Below, one piece after another: positions 1-8,507 of a stretch of DNA of 64,000 nt (positions are counted from its first letter, which is position 1; each line of letters starts with the position of its first letter). Where the stretch lies: assembly GCA_043798915.1 (NCBI GenBank), contig JAZDOG010000068.1, positions 498 through 64,497 on the forward strand, written 5' to 3'. The stretch comes from Pseudomonadota bacterium. Its GTDB lineage: Bacteria > UBA10199 > 2-02-FULL-44-16 > JAAZCA01. The translations under genes were made by a program, and so were the position numbers. The notes under the pieces were generated by a model. It saw nothing but the letters and a program-made list of their open reading frames with translations, searched no databases and was not told where the DNA came from.

Positions 1-162
1 CCGCTCGGGGTCCCCAAGAGCCACTCGATCCGAGAGGAGTACCGGCGCTGCGGCGCCCTGGGCTGCAAGACCTGTCAGCGTGGGCCGGGCCACGGCCCCT
101 ACCGCTACGCCGTCTGGCGAGAGGGCGCCAAGGTCAAGCGGAAGTACCTCGGGAAGGCCTGA
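1..162 (+). CDS. 3' end fragment of an upstream gene running off the window. The C-terminal Cys/His-rich, zinc-ribbon-like tail reads ...CGALGCKTCQRGPGHGPYRYAVWREGAKVKRKYLGKA*.
   Basis: Frame 1 is open from base 1 to the TGA at 160-162. The CxxC...C...H motif and basic tail look protein-like. It is not in the ORF track because there is no start codon in the window. Its stop abuts the proposed IS end. Confidence 0.3.
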   Translation, partial: PLGVPKSHSIREEYRRCGALGCKTCQRGPGHGPYRYAVWREGAKVKRKYLGKA

Positions 163-188
163 GGCTGGCCGGCGGAGGAGGCTTGGCT

Positions 189-1061
189 TCACGCCACCCC
201 CCTCTTCCGACGCTGGCTCCGCCGCTCGAACGCGGCCGGGCTCAGGTACCCGAGCGCCGAGTGGCATCGCTTCTGGTTGTAGAAGACCTCGATGTGGTCG
301 AACACCTTCGCCCGCGCATCGGTCTCGCTCTCGAAGTGCTCCCCCAGCTCGGCCTTGAGACCGCTGAAGAAGGACTCCATCGCGGCGTTGTCGAGACAGT
401 TGCCGCTGCGACTAATGCTGCAGACGATGCCCTGCTTCTGGAGGGCCGCTTGGTAGTCCTCGCAGGTGTAGGGGCTGCCGCGATCCGAATGACAGAGCAA
501 GCCGGCCTCCGGGCACCGGCGGCGGACCGCCATGTCCAAGGCGGCGAGAGTGAGCTGGCGGTCGTTCGTCCTCGAGAGCGCCCAGCCGGCCGCGAAGCGC
601 GCGAACAGATCGAGGACGACCGCGAGGAAGAGCTTGCCGTCGGGGAGGACCAGTTCGGTCGTGTCCTTGACCCAGCGCTGGTTCGGCTGCCCGGCCGAGA
701 AGTCGCGGGCGAGCAGGTTGGGGGCAGCGGGCTGCGCCGGGTCGCTCTTGGTCGTGCACTTGAAGCGTCGCTTCAGCCGGGCCCGCAGACCCTGGTCGTG
801 CATCAACCGGATGACCCGATTGCGCCCGACGCGGACGCCCTGGGCCTGGAGCTGGCCATGGACGCGAGGGCTGCCGTAGTACCGCCTGCCCGCCTCGTAG
901 GCGGCGCGGACCTGCACCTCCAGGCGACGGTCGTCTCGCGAGTGCTTGGACTCGGGGCGCAGGCACCAGGCGTAGTAGCCGGCACGGGAGACATCGAGCG
1001 CCTCGCAGAGCATCGACACCGGGTAGTGGGCCTTCTCCGCCTCGATGAACACGAACCTCAC
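189..1061 (-). CDS. IS3 family transposase OrfB (DDE integrase core). It is expressed as an OrfAB fusion by -1 frameshift.
   Basis: Sequence shows ...HSDRGSPYTC...ISRSGNCLDNAAMESFFSGLKAE..., an rve/DDE integrase signature. The frame stays open upstream to the slippery site. Confidence 0.9.
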   Translation of the reverse strand: MRFVFIEAEKAHYPVSMLCEALDVSRAGYYAWCLRPESKHSRDDRRLEVQVRAAYEAGRRYYGSPRVHGQLQAQGVRVGRNRVIRLMHDQGLRARLKRRFKCTTKSDPAQPAAPNLLARDFSAGQPNQRWVKDTTELVLPDGKLFLAVVLDLFARFAAGWALSRTNDRQLTLAALDMAVRRRCPEAGLLCHSDRGSPYTCEDYQAALQKQGIVCSISRSGNCLDNAAMESFFSGLKAELGEHFESETDARAKVFDHIEVFYNQKRCHSALGYLSPAAFERRSQRRKRGVA

Positions 1062-1375
1062 GTGCTCTCCTTCGCGAAGAAGGCCGCCGCTTTTTTTAGG
1101 ATGTCGCGCTCCATCTGCAGCCGGCGGTTCTCCTTGCGCAACCGCACGAGCTCCTCGCGCTCCATGGCCGTGAGGCCCGACTTGCCGCTGTCGCGGTCCG
1201 CCCTCGCCTGCCCGACCCAGGCGCGCAGCGCCGAGTCGGTCAGGTCGAGATCGCGGGCCACCTCGGCCGGAGTCTTCCCCTCGTCCAACACCAGCCGCAC
1301 CGCCCCCGCCTTGAACGCGGCGGTGAACTCCCTGCGCGCCCTATGCTGCCTGCTCTTCTTGCCCATGGTCGACAC
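1058..1375 (-). CDS. IS3 family transposase OrfA (helix-turn-helix).
   Basis: The 105-aa protein reads MSTMGKKSRQ...LRKENRRLQMERDILKKAAAFFAKEST, the typical IS3 OrfA leucine-zipper/HTH. The A AAA AAA G slippery site lies near its 3' end. Confidence 0.9.
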   Translation of the reverse strand: MSTMGKKSRQHRARREFTAAFKAGAVRLVLDEGKTPAEVARDLDLTDSALRAWVGQARADRDSGKSGLTAMEREELVRLRKENRRLQMERDILKKAAAFFAKEST

Positions 1376-1560
1376 CGTAGCCGCCTTTCATTTGGTGTCC
1401 ACCAAACCGGATCACACCCAGGGGCGGGCGGCCCCTCGATACGCGGCTCACGCCGCTACTCGGGGTGGTCGGGGGGGCGGGGCGGGCGGAGGAATTCCCT
1501 TTGGGAGCACGCGCCATCCGCTAAGATGCGCGGCCTCGAAAGCCCGAGCGAGGAGCGGAC

Positions 1561-3612
1561 ATGACCGACCCCCAGACCCCGAAGGCCGAGGGAGACGACT
1601 TCCCCTCTTTCGTCCCGGCCTCGAACACCACGATGTCCGAGTTCACCATCCGCGCACTGCTGCTCGGCCTGCTGATGTGCGTCATCCTCGGGGCGGCCAA
1701 CGCCTACCTCGGCCTGCGCGCCGGCATGACCATCGCCGCGACCTATCCGGCGGCGGTGATCGGCATGGCCGTGCTCCGCCTCTTCAAAGGATCGATCCTC
1801 GAAGAGAACATGGCCCGCACCGTCGGGTCGGTGGGCGAGTCGATCGCAGCCGGCGCAATCTTTACGCTGCCGGCGTTCTTCCTGGCCAAGGTCTGGCCCG
1901 ATTTCTCAGGAACAACCCACTATCTCGAGGCTACAACGATCATGCTCTTGGGCGGCGTCCTCGGCATCTTCTTCGTGACGATGCTCAGGCGCGTGATGGT
2001 CGAAGACGCAGAGCTGCCGTATCCGGAGTCGGTCGCTGCCGGCGAGATCCACAAGGCCGGGCGCTCTGGAGGGGCAGGCGCGAAGTATCTCTTCAACGCG
2101 CTGATCCTCGGCGCCATCATCCAGCTGGGCACCGAGCTCAAGCTCTTCCTGCCGTCGTATGAGAAATTTGTGAGCTTCTCGAAGGGCGCGGTGAATCTCC
2201 TCTCCGGCAAGGGCGATATCCTGACGAAGATATCCACCGGCGGCGGGGCGCTGATCAAGACCCCGGCAGCATCGCCGGCTTTCATCGGCGTGGGCTACAT
2301 CATCGGGCCCCGCCTCGCGGCCTTGAACTTCGCGGGCGGTTTGCTCGCCTGGGGGCTCTTCGTTCCGCTCCTCATGTTCTTCGTGGGGCCATCCACGCTT
2401 GAGTCGCTCGTCTCTCAGTCCGGCGACAGCGTTTCGTGGGCCAGCCTGGCAGTCGCCACATGGAAGGGACTTGTGAGGCCTATCGCGATAGGCGGCATGC
2501 TGGTGTCGGCCGGCTACACCCTCTATAAGATGCGCAAAAATCTGGCCAGGGGCTTTACGCACTCGCTGGGCGACATAAAGAAGGCCGCCGGGGCGGGAGC
2601 GGCCCAGAGCCGTCTGGACAAGGACATCAGCTTCAAGTTCGTGGCCCCGATGATCTTCGTCGCGGCGGTGCTGATGGGATTCCTCTATTATCATTTCTGC
2701 GGCAACGCCGCGGCCTCCATAGTCGCCGCCGTGGTCATGCTGGTCGCAGGATTCTTCTTCGCCGCGGTCTCCGGCTACCTCGTGGGCCTCATCGGCTCTT
2801 CGAACAACCCGGTCTCAGGTCTCACGGTCTCCACGCTGATAGTGGCGGCGCTCCTGATGGTCTTTCTGGGAGTTTCCGGAATCACAGGCGTGGCTGCAGT
2901 GCTGGGCGTGGCGGCGGTCGTCTGCGTCTCCTCGGCCGTGGCCGGCGAGATGCTGCAGGATCTCAAGGTCGGGCATATCCTCGGCGGCACTCCCTGGAAG
3001 ATGCAGATTGGCAATATCATCGGCGTCATCGTGGCATCCTCTGTGATGTTCCTGCCGCTCATGGTCCTTCACCAGGGCGACATCAACCGCGGCGGCACAG
3101 GTTTCGGCGGGGCTTCGCTCTCGGCGCCGCAGGCAGGCCTCATGGCGATGCTCGCTCAGGGCATCGTCGCCCACGAGATGGCATGGCCGCTCGTGATCGT
3201 CGGCATGCTCATGGCTGTTGCGATGATCTGCGTGCAGGTGCGGAGCCCCATGCTCGTCTCGGTCGGCATGTACCTGCCGTTCGAAGTGAGCGCCACGATC
3301 TTCCTGGGAGGCGTCATCCGTTCCATCGCGGACTGCTTCGCGAAGAAGCGGAAGTTGAACGCCGCGCAGAAAATCAGGATGGACAACAATGGAATCCTCC
3401 TTGCTTCAGGCTTCATAGCCGGCGAGGCCCTGATGGGGCTCGTCATAGCTGCGCTCGCGTTCAAGGAGGTCCGTCTGCCCGAGATATTCAAGGAGCCGTC
3501 GTTTATCGGCGCGCTCGTCGTATTCGTGTTGCTGGCTTTCATACTCGTGCGATATCCGCTCAAGAACGCAGGGAGTCCGGATGAACCAGCGCCCCCATCA
3601 GCAATGGTCTGA
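1561..3612 (+). CDS. OPT-family oligopeptide transporter.
   Basis: The 683-aa polytopic membrane protein has an N-terminus typical of the OPT superfamily (TIRALLLGLLMCVILGAANAYLGLRAGMTIAATYPAAVIG...). A GAGGAG RBS precedes the ATG. Confidence 0.85.
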   Translation: MTDPQTPKAEGDDFPSFVPASNTTMSEFTIRALLLGLLMCVILGAANAYLGLRAGMTIAATYPAAVIGMAVLRLFKGSILEENMARTVGSVGESIAAGAIFTLPAFFLAKVWPDFSGTTHYLEATTIMLLGGVLGIFFVTMLRRVMVEDAELPYPESVAAGEIHKAGRSGGAGAKYLFNALILGAIIQLGTELKLFLPSYEKFVSFSKGAVNLLSGKGDILTKISTGGGALIKTPAASPAFIGVGYIIGPRLAALNFAGGLLAWGLFVPLLMFFVGPSTLESLVSQSGDSVSWASLAVATWKGLVRPIAIGGMLVSAGYTLYKMRKNLARGFTHSLGDIKKAAGAGAAQSRLDKDISFKFVAPMIFVAAVLMGFLYYHFCGNAAASIVAAVVMLVAGFFFAAVSGYLVGLIGSSNNPVSGLTVSTLIVAALLMVFLGVSGITGVAAVLGVAAVVCVSSAVAGEMLQDLKVGHILGGTPWKMQIGNIIGVIVASSVMFLPLMVLHQGDINRGGTGFGGASLSAPQAGLMAMLAQGIVAHEMAWPLVIVGMLMAVAMICVQVRSPMLVSVGMYLPFEVSATIFLGGVIRSIADCFAKKRKLNAAQKIRMDNNGILLASGFIAGEALMGLVIAALAFKEVRLPEIFKEPSFIGALVVFVLLAFILVRYPLKNAGSPDEPAPPSAMV

Positions 3613-3937
3613 GGTTGTGGTCAAAAAAGCGATCGGATGGGAGGACGGCCCCGATGGCGGGGCCGTCCTTCTCGTTCCGCGTTTTCGAAAAGGGCCGCTG
3701 GCGCGCTGGCTGCAGCCCAGGCTCCCGCGTCCATTCATCCGCGTGAAGCTGGACGAGATCGGCAGCTTCGTCTGGCGCGCCCTCGATGGAGGGACGCCGT
3801 TTCAGAAGGTGGCCCTCGCAATGAAGGAGAAGTTCGGCGACCGGGTCGAACCCGCCGAAGTCAGGCTCAAGACCTTTCTCACCATATTGTATAAGGACAA
3901 GTTCATCGAACTCCTGGTTCCCTGCAGTTCTCAGTAG
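3581..3937 (+). CDS. PqqD-family (RRE-like) small protein.
   Basis: The 118-aa protein matches the PqqD pattern ...AVLLVPR...IRVKLDEIGSFVWRALDGGTPFQKVALAMKEKFGDRVEPAEVRLKTFLTILYKDKFIELL. A GGGAG RBS lies 7 nt upstream. It overlaps the OPT gene's 3' end by 32 nt. Confidence 0.5.
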   Translation: MNQRPHQQWSEVVVKKAIGWEDGPDGGAVLLVPRFRKGPLARWLQPRLPRPFIRVKLDEIGSFVWRALDGGTPFQKVALAMKEKFGDRVEPAEVRLKTFLTILYKDKFIELLVPCSSQ

Positions 3938-3988
3938 TGTCCCCAGTATTGACGGGGCGGCGATCATCTGGTAGCCGCATCCTGCGAT

Positions 3989-5323
3989 ATGCCGGAATTC
4001 ACTCAAAAACGGGCATATATCCGCACCTTCGGGTGCCAGATGAACGAGCACGACTCCGTCCGGATTATGGGGATGCTCGAGTCGCTGGGCTATGTCTCGA
4101 GCGGCACCATCGATGATGCCGATCTCATCCTCTTCAACACCTGCACGATCCGCGAGAAGGCGCACCACAAGGCGATGAGCGAAATAGGGCGCGCGCGTCT
4201 CTTCAAGGAGCGGCGAGCTGGAACGCTCGTCGGCGTCTGCGGCTGCGTGGCGCAGGAAGAGCGCGAGGCGATCTTCGAGCGCTATCCCCATGTGGACATC
4301 CTTTTCGGCCCGGACCAGATCGCGCGCCTGCCTGAACTCATCGATGATGCCATGGGAAACAGCCGCGCCTCCGCCCTCGAACTCATCGACGATCCCTCGC
4401 AGTATCGGTTTTTGGGAAACGACGTTCGAGTTTCGAGTCCCGAGTCCCGAGTCTCGGCTTTCGTTTCCATAATGAAAGGCTGCAACTGCGCCTGCAGCTA
4501 TTGCATCGTGCCAAAGGTGCGCGGCCGAGAGGTCTGCCGTCCGGTCGGCGAAATCGTCGACGAGGTCCGGCGGCTCGCCGAGGCCGGGACGAAAGAAGTC
4601 ACGCTTCTCGGACAAAACGTGAACGCGTACCAGGGATCGGTCTCATTTTCCGGCCTCATTCGCCGGATCGCTGATGAAACCGATATCGGCCGCATCCGCT
4701 TCACTTCGCCTCACCCGCGCGATGCAGGAGATGATCTCGTCCGCGAGTATGCGGAGAACGAAAAGCTCATGCCGCACATCCATCTGCCGGTGCAGGCCGG
4801 CAGCAACGCGGTTCTTCGGAAGATGCGCCGGGGCTACACGCGCGAGCGCTATATCGAAATATGCGACGCGCTCCGCGGCGCCCGGCCAGGCATGTCGATC
4901 ACCACTGATATTATAGTCGGCTTCTGCGGCGAGAGCGTCGCGGATTTTGAGGAGACGCTCTCGCTCATGAGGAGGGTCGATTTCGATTCCGCCTTCGCGT
5001 TCAAGTATTCCCCTCGGCCGGGCACAGAGGCGGCCCTGAAATTCGAGGACGACGTGCCTCTCGAGGAGAAGAAAGAGCGCCTCGCGCGGCTGCTTTCGCT
5101 CCAGATTGAGACGTCGCGCCGCAAAAATCAGGCATTCGTGGGGATGGAAGGCGATGCCCTCGCGACCGGCTTCGATAGGATGAACCGCGGCCTCATCACG
5201 GCGAGGCTCCCCGACAACCGCATCGTACATTTCGCTGGCCATGCGGACTCAGTTGGTAATATACTGAAAGTCCGGGTGACCGGTGCGTTTGCAAACTCGC
5301 TTGCGGCGGAGGCAATTCAATGA
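3989..5323 (+). CDS. miaB: tRNA-i6A37 methylthiotransferase MiaB (radical SAM MTTase with TRAM domain).
   Basis: Motifs present are FGCQMNEHDS, the CxxxCxxC radical SAM motif (CNCACSYC) and a C-terminal TRAM domain. Confidence 0.85.
   Translation: MPEFTQKRAYIRTFGCQMNEHDSVRIMGMLESLGYVSSGTIDDADLILFNTCTIREKAHHKAMSEIGRARLFKERRAGTLVGVCGCVAQEEREAIFERYPHVDILFGPDQIARLPELIDDAMGNSRASALELIDDPSQYRFLGNDVRVSSPESRVSAFVSIMKGCNCACSYCIVPKVRGREVCRPVGEIVDEVRRLAEAGTKEVTLLGQNVNAYQGSVSFSGLIRRIADETDIGRIRFTSPHPRDAGDDLVREYAENEKLMPHIHLPVQAGSNAVLRKMRRGYTRERYIEICDALRGARPGMSITTDIIVGFCGESVADFEETLSLMRRVDFDSAFAFKYSPRPGTEAALKFEDDVPLEEKKERLARLLSLQIETSRRKNQAFVGMEGDALATGFDRMNRGLITARLPDNRIVHFAGHADSVGNILKVRVTGAFANSLAAEAIQ
4416..4468. 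repeat. Hairpin-forming micro-repeat inside miaB. Four tandem heptamers YYCGAGT (4425-4452) are flanked by an inverted GGAAACG/CGTTTCC pair.
   Basis: Read directly: ggaaacgacg ttcgagt ttcgagt cccgagt cccgagt ctcgg ctttcgtttcc. The frame is maintained and it encodes ...NDVRVSSPESRVSAF. Confidence 0.5.
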
Positions 5324-5850
5324 TGGCCGAAAAGGATGGCAGGGTGGTGGTGGATTTTGTCGAGATGAAGGTGACCGGTCTCACGATCGACCCATTCACG
5401 AGCATGCCGATAATCATCCTCAAGGACACGGAGGAGAAGTGCGCCCTCCCAATCTGGATCGGGCTGATCGAGGCGTCGGCCATCGCTACTGAGCTGGAGC
5501 ACATCGTGCTCGCAAGGCCGATGACCCACGATCTCCTGAAGGGGATGCTCGAAGCGCTGGGCGCCTCCGTCTCGCGCGTCGAGGTGAACGATCTGGCCGA
5601 CAACACCTTCTATGCAAAGGTCTATTTGCACCGAGGCGAAGAGGATTTCGTCATGGACGCGAGGCCCTCGGACGCCATCGCGATCGCCTTGCGCACAAAG
5701 TCGCCGATATTCGTCGCGCGCCATGTAATAGACAAGTCCCGCAAGATCGATCTCGCCAAAGATGGCGGCACGGACGAGATGCGCAAGCGCAAGTGGACTG
5801 AGATTCTGGAGAACCTCTCGCTAGAGGATTTCGGCAAGTACAAGATGTGA
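5320..5850 (+). CDS. Bifunctional nuclease family protein (BFN/DUF151) with a C-terminal UVR-like motif.
   Basis: Sequence shows PIIILKDTEEKCALPIWIGLIEASAIA...RPMTHDLL...DARPSDAIAIALRTKSPIFV, the canonical BFN domain. Confidence 0.75.
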   Translation: MMAEKDGRVVVDFVEMKVTGLTIDPFTSMPIIILKDTEEKCALPIWIGLIEASAIATELEHIVLARPMTHDLLKGMLEALGASVSRVEVNDLADNTFYAKVYLHRGEEDFVMDARPSDAIAIALRTKSPIFVARHVIDKSRKIDLAKDGGTDEMRKRKWTEILENLSLEDFGKYKM

Positions 5851-5854
5851 AAAA

Positions 5855-6361
5855 ATGATATCCGCAATCAAAGGCAAATCACCCAACATAGATCCAAGCG
5901 CCTTTGTGGCCGGCAATGCCACGGTGCTTGGGGATGTCAGGATCGGAGCGGGCGCTGGGATATGGTTCGGGGCCGTCATCCGCGGCGATTCGAACTCGAT
6001 ATGCGTAGGTTCCAGGACAAATGTGCAGGATCTCTGCGTCCTCCACGTGGACGAGTTGAATCCGCTCAGGATAGGCGACGACGTCACGATAGGGCACCGC
6101 GCCATTCTTCACGGCTGCAGCGTTGGCGACAGGGTGCTCATCGGCATGGGCGCGATCATCATGAACGGTGCCACCATAGGTGACGACTCCATTGTCGGCG
6201 CGGGCGCGCTCGTCACCGAGGGCACAAAAGTTCTGCCGCGCTCACTCCTTATCGGCGTCCCGGCGAAGGTGAAGAGGGAGCTCTCGGATGGCGAGATCGC
6301 CGGCATCCTGCAGGCCGCAAAGCATTATGTGCAGAACGCGGCAGTATATAAGAAGTCTTAA
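5855..6361 (+). CDS. Gamma-class carbonic anhydrase family protein (left-handed beta-helix hexapeptide repeat).
   Basis: Hexapeptide repeats and VLHVDE...IGDDVTIGHRAILHGCSVGDRVLIGMGAI are typical of YrdA/PaaY gamma-CA-like proteins. Confidence 0.8.
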   Translation: MISAIKGKSPNIDPSAFVAGNATVLGDVRIGAGAGIWFGAVIRGDSNSICVGSRTNVQDLCVLHVDELNPLRIGDDVTIGHRAILHGCSVGDRVLIGMGAIIMNGATIGDDSIVGAGALVTEGTKVLPRSLLIGVPAKVKRELSDGEIAGILQAAKHYVQNAAVYKKS

Positions 6362-6362
6362 A

Positions 6363-6453
6363 CTCCCCTCCTTTGTAAGGAGGGGGTGGGGGAGGTAGAT
6401 CGTGGTCTATGCTTGATCTACCCTCCCTATCCCTCCCTTACAAAGGGAGGGGG
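6363..6453. repeat. Palindromic repeat element, copy A (intergenic, just upstream of tilS).
   Basis: Read directly: ctcccctcctttgtaaggagggggtgggggaggtagatc-gtggtctatgctt-gatctaccctccctatccctcccttacaaagggaggggg. Two terminal hairpins flank a central palindrome. Confidence 0.8.
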
Positions 6454-6464
6454 TTTGAAAAATC

Positions 6465-7463
6465 ATGCTGTTTCCCAAGTTCAAAAAATTCATGGCGGAT
6501 AACGACCTCATTCGAGAGGGCGATGGCGTCATCGTCGCGGTCTCCGGCGGCATCGACTCTATGGTCCTCCTCGATCTCTTCTGCCGTGTCGCGGGGCCGA
6601 TGAAGCTCTCCCTCAGGGCGGCGCATGTGAACCACATGCTCCGCGACAGGGCATCAGGCGAGGACGAGGCGCTGGTGCGCAAATTCTGCGGCAAGATGGG
6701 CATCCCCTGCGAAGTCCAGAGGCGCAGGCCTCCGGCAGGCAAAAACCTCCAGGATGCGGCCAGGAGAATTCGGTACGATTTTTTTAAAAGCAGCGCAGAA
6801 AAGGGGAGGGCGTTCTCGATAGCCACCGCCCATCATATGGACGATCAGGCGGAGACGATCCTCCTGCACCTGATTCGCGGCGCGGGGCTCGCAGGTCTCG
6901 CCGGCATGAGGCCGAAGGCGCGCATTGGAGCGCTGAAACTGGTGCGACCGCTCCTCTTTGCATCGAGGGCTGAGATCGAGCAATACGCGAAACAGAGACA
7001 CATCGAATACAACGACGATGCCACGAATGCGACAGTGAAATATGCCCGAAATTCGGTGCGCCATCGCCTGATCCCGCTCCTAAAGGAATTCAATCCGCGA
7101 ATAGTCGAAAACATCGCGGCGATAGGCGACAGGGCGGACGCCGACGAAAAGGCCCTGCGGCTGTTTGCTGAGGAATCGCTCGATCAGGCGCTGACCAGAA
7201 ACAGCCGCGATGAGATATGGCTCTCCCGCCAGGCCTGGCTGCCGCTGCCCCAGGCGGTCAGAGGCCGCATGCTTCGCGCCGCCTTCGAGCGCGCGAGCGG
7301 AAGCGCCAAGGATTTGAATGCCGACCAGCTGTTGCGGATGGATTCGATAGCGGCAGGGCCTCGGCCCTCGGGGTCGTATCGCCTCCCCGCGCCCTGGAAA
7401 TTTCATCGCGATGGCGACCTGATCGGAATCACCCGCAGCGCAAAAAAGTGTGACAGAAAGTGA
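6465..7463 (+). CDS. tilS: tRNA(Ile)-lysidine synthetase TilS.
   Basis: The N-terminal PP-loop SGGIDS (VAVSGGIDSMVLLDLF) is present. The 332-aa length fits a short TilS form. Confidence 0.75.
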   Translation: MLFPKFKKFMADNDLIREGDGVIVAVSGGIDSMVLLDLFCRVAGPMKLSLRAAHVNHMLRDRASGEDEALVRKFCGKMGIPCEVQRRRPPAGKNLQDAARRIRYDFFKSSAEKGRAFSIATAHHMDDQAETILLHLIRGAGLAGLAGMRPKARIGALKLVRPLLFASRAEIEQYAKQRHIEYNDDATNATVKYARNSVRHRLIPLLKEFNPRIVENIAAIGDRADADEKALRLFAEESLDQALTRNSRDEIWLSRQAWLPLPQAVRGRMLRAAFERASGSAKDLNADQLLRMDSIAAGPRPSGSYRLPAPWKFHRDGDLIGITRSAKKCDRK

Positions 7464-7508
7464 CAACTCCCTGACAGAAAGCTGGCGGGTTTTTTAGAAA
7501 TTCCCGGC

Positions 7509-7889
7509 TCACAAGTTCGTGGTTTCGAGGGTGGTTATACGAGTCTCATGATCGTCCAAACGGGCTGCGTGGCCATCTATTTTGGCTGAAAGCCGGCCTT
7601 CCATCTCGTGCATTTCGGTGCGGAGATCCTTTATCTCCCCGCTATGCTTTGTCACTGCAAATTCTACTGCCTCAAGTCTTCGAGAAAGCCGTTGTTCGGA
7701 GGAATCGATCTTCTCCGTCAACACAACACGCGTGTGCTCTACCCCTTCGATCACCTGCTTCATCCCTGACTTAAGGTCTTCGATCAGCACCGCGTTGTAA
7801 TGCGCAATTGTATCCTCCTTGCCAAGCCTAGCGACTGGCGTCTTGACCGAGGAGGATCGTTTTTGCGAGGCGCGTTTAGTTCGTTTCAT
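7509..7889 (-). CDS. Hypothetical coiled-coil protein (126 aa) in a low-GC island.
   Basis: The ORF has a basic N-terminus and heptad-like LEAVEFAVTKHSGEIKDLRTEMHEMEGRLSAKIDGHAARL. Local GC is ~50%, against ~65% in the flanks. Confidence 0.4.
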   Translation of the reverse strand: MKRTKRASQKRSSSVKTPVARLGKEDTIAHYNAVLIEDLKSGMKQVIEGVEHTRVVLTEKIDSSEQRLSRRLEAVEFAVTKHSGEIKDLRTEMHEMEGRLSAKIDGHAARLDDHETRITTLETTNL

Positions 7890-8012
7890 CTGAATCCCCC
7901 TAACCCGACGCGGGCAGGCTTGTCAATCGCGTTCTCGGAAACGGCCAGGTGAGTTCTAGACCGGTCGACGCCTCATCACCGCCCTCTTGATGTTTATCGC
8001 CGATCTCTGCTC

Positions 8013-8507
8013 TCATTTGCCCGCTCTTTTTGGAGAAGATTCCATAAGTTTGAAATATGCCTTGAGGAACATGACGCCCAAGTTCCTGTGGGGTGGAATA
8101 TAGCTTCGAAACTCATCCATCCCGCCAAACCTGCCTTCGGCTCGCCTCCAGAATTCCGGCCAGTTTATATCTTCTCCCGTAAGAATAGCCTCGTTCAGCA
8201 TCTTAAAGAGGGGGTCGTTTACATTCATGGTCCCCGTTCCCTTTGTCGAAATTATATGGGCCTCAGGGGCCCTCTCAAGCACGGCCGATACATTATTATA
8301 TCCACCGCACGACCCGAGCGACACTATCTTTGCAATGCGCGGGATCCTCCCTATTGTTTCTCCCGCGTGAAAACTGTGTCCCCTGTGAACCACCATGATG
8401 GATTGGATGTTTCTTTTGGAAAAGACCTTCTGTATCTCGTCCGGGCCTTTTTCAACGCCTTCGGATGTCGGCTTGTTGGCGTATATCTCGATTCTTTTGC
8501 CTTTCAA
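8013..8507 (-). CDS. Hypothetical protein, probably a 5'-truncated gene remnant. No ATG is present. The frame stays open upstream into the repeat complex, to a TGA near 8615.
   Basis: The protein-like sequence ...RHQYNGKSGWKTEDHGRYVLIESPSLKGKRIEIYANKPTSEG...HRGHSFHAGE...SLGSCGGY continues upstream of the annotated TTG start and ends inside repeat DNA. The region is low-GC. Confidence 0.35.
   Translation of the reverse strand: MKGKRIEIYANKPTSEGVEKGPDEIQKVFSKRNIQSIMVVHRGHSFHAGETIGRIPRIAKIVSLGSCGGYNNVSAVLERAPEAHIISTKGTGTMNVNDPLFKMLNEAILTGEDINWPEFWRRAEGRFGGMDEFRSYIPPHRNLGVMFLKAYFKLMESSPKRAGK

Larger units (their letters stand above)
160..1416 (-). mobile_element. IS3-family insertion sequence (orfA/orfB with -1 frameshift motif). 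Element boundaries are approximate.
   Basis: OrfA (HTH, 105 aa) and OrfB (DDE integrase core, 290 aa) overlap. An A7G slippery run lies at 1091-1097 on the minus strand. Imperfect terminal repeats run TGTGATCCGGTTTGGTGGACACC (ends at 1416) against TGAGGCTGGCCGGCGGAGGAGG (starts at 160). The ~1.26 kb size is typical of IS3. Confidence 0.7.

Noticed and set aside
1440-1500. G-rich tract (ggggtggtcgggggggcggggcgggcggagg) between the IS and the OPT gene, as a possible G-quadruplex or regulatory site.
   Set aside because: G-runs like this are common in a 65% GC genome. There is no supporting structure or conservation evidence.
183-2162. A 659-aa plus-strand ORF and many other long ORFs antisense to real genes (for example 1906-2694, 17406-18545, 24394-25668, 26023-27192, 40134-41636, 55385-56389).
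   Set aside because: High GC content suppresses stop codons on the opposite strand. These ORFs overlap well-supported conserved genes and have Arg/Ala/Gly/Pro-dominated low-complexity translations with no recognisable domains.
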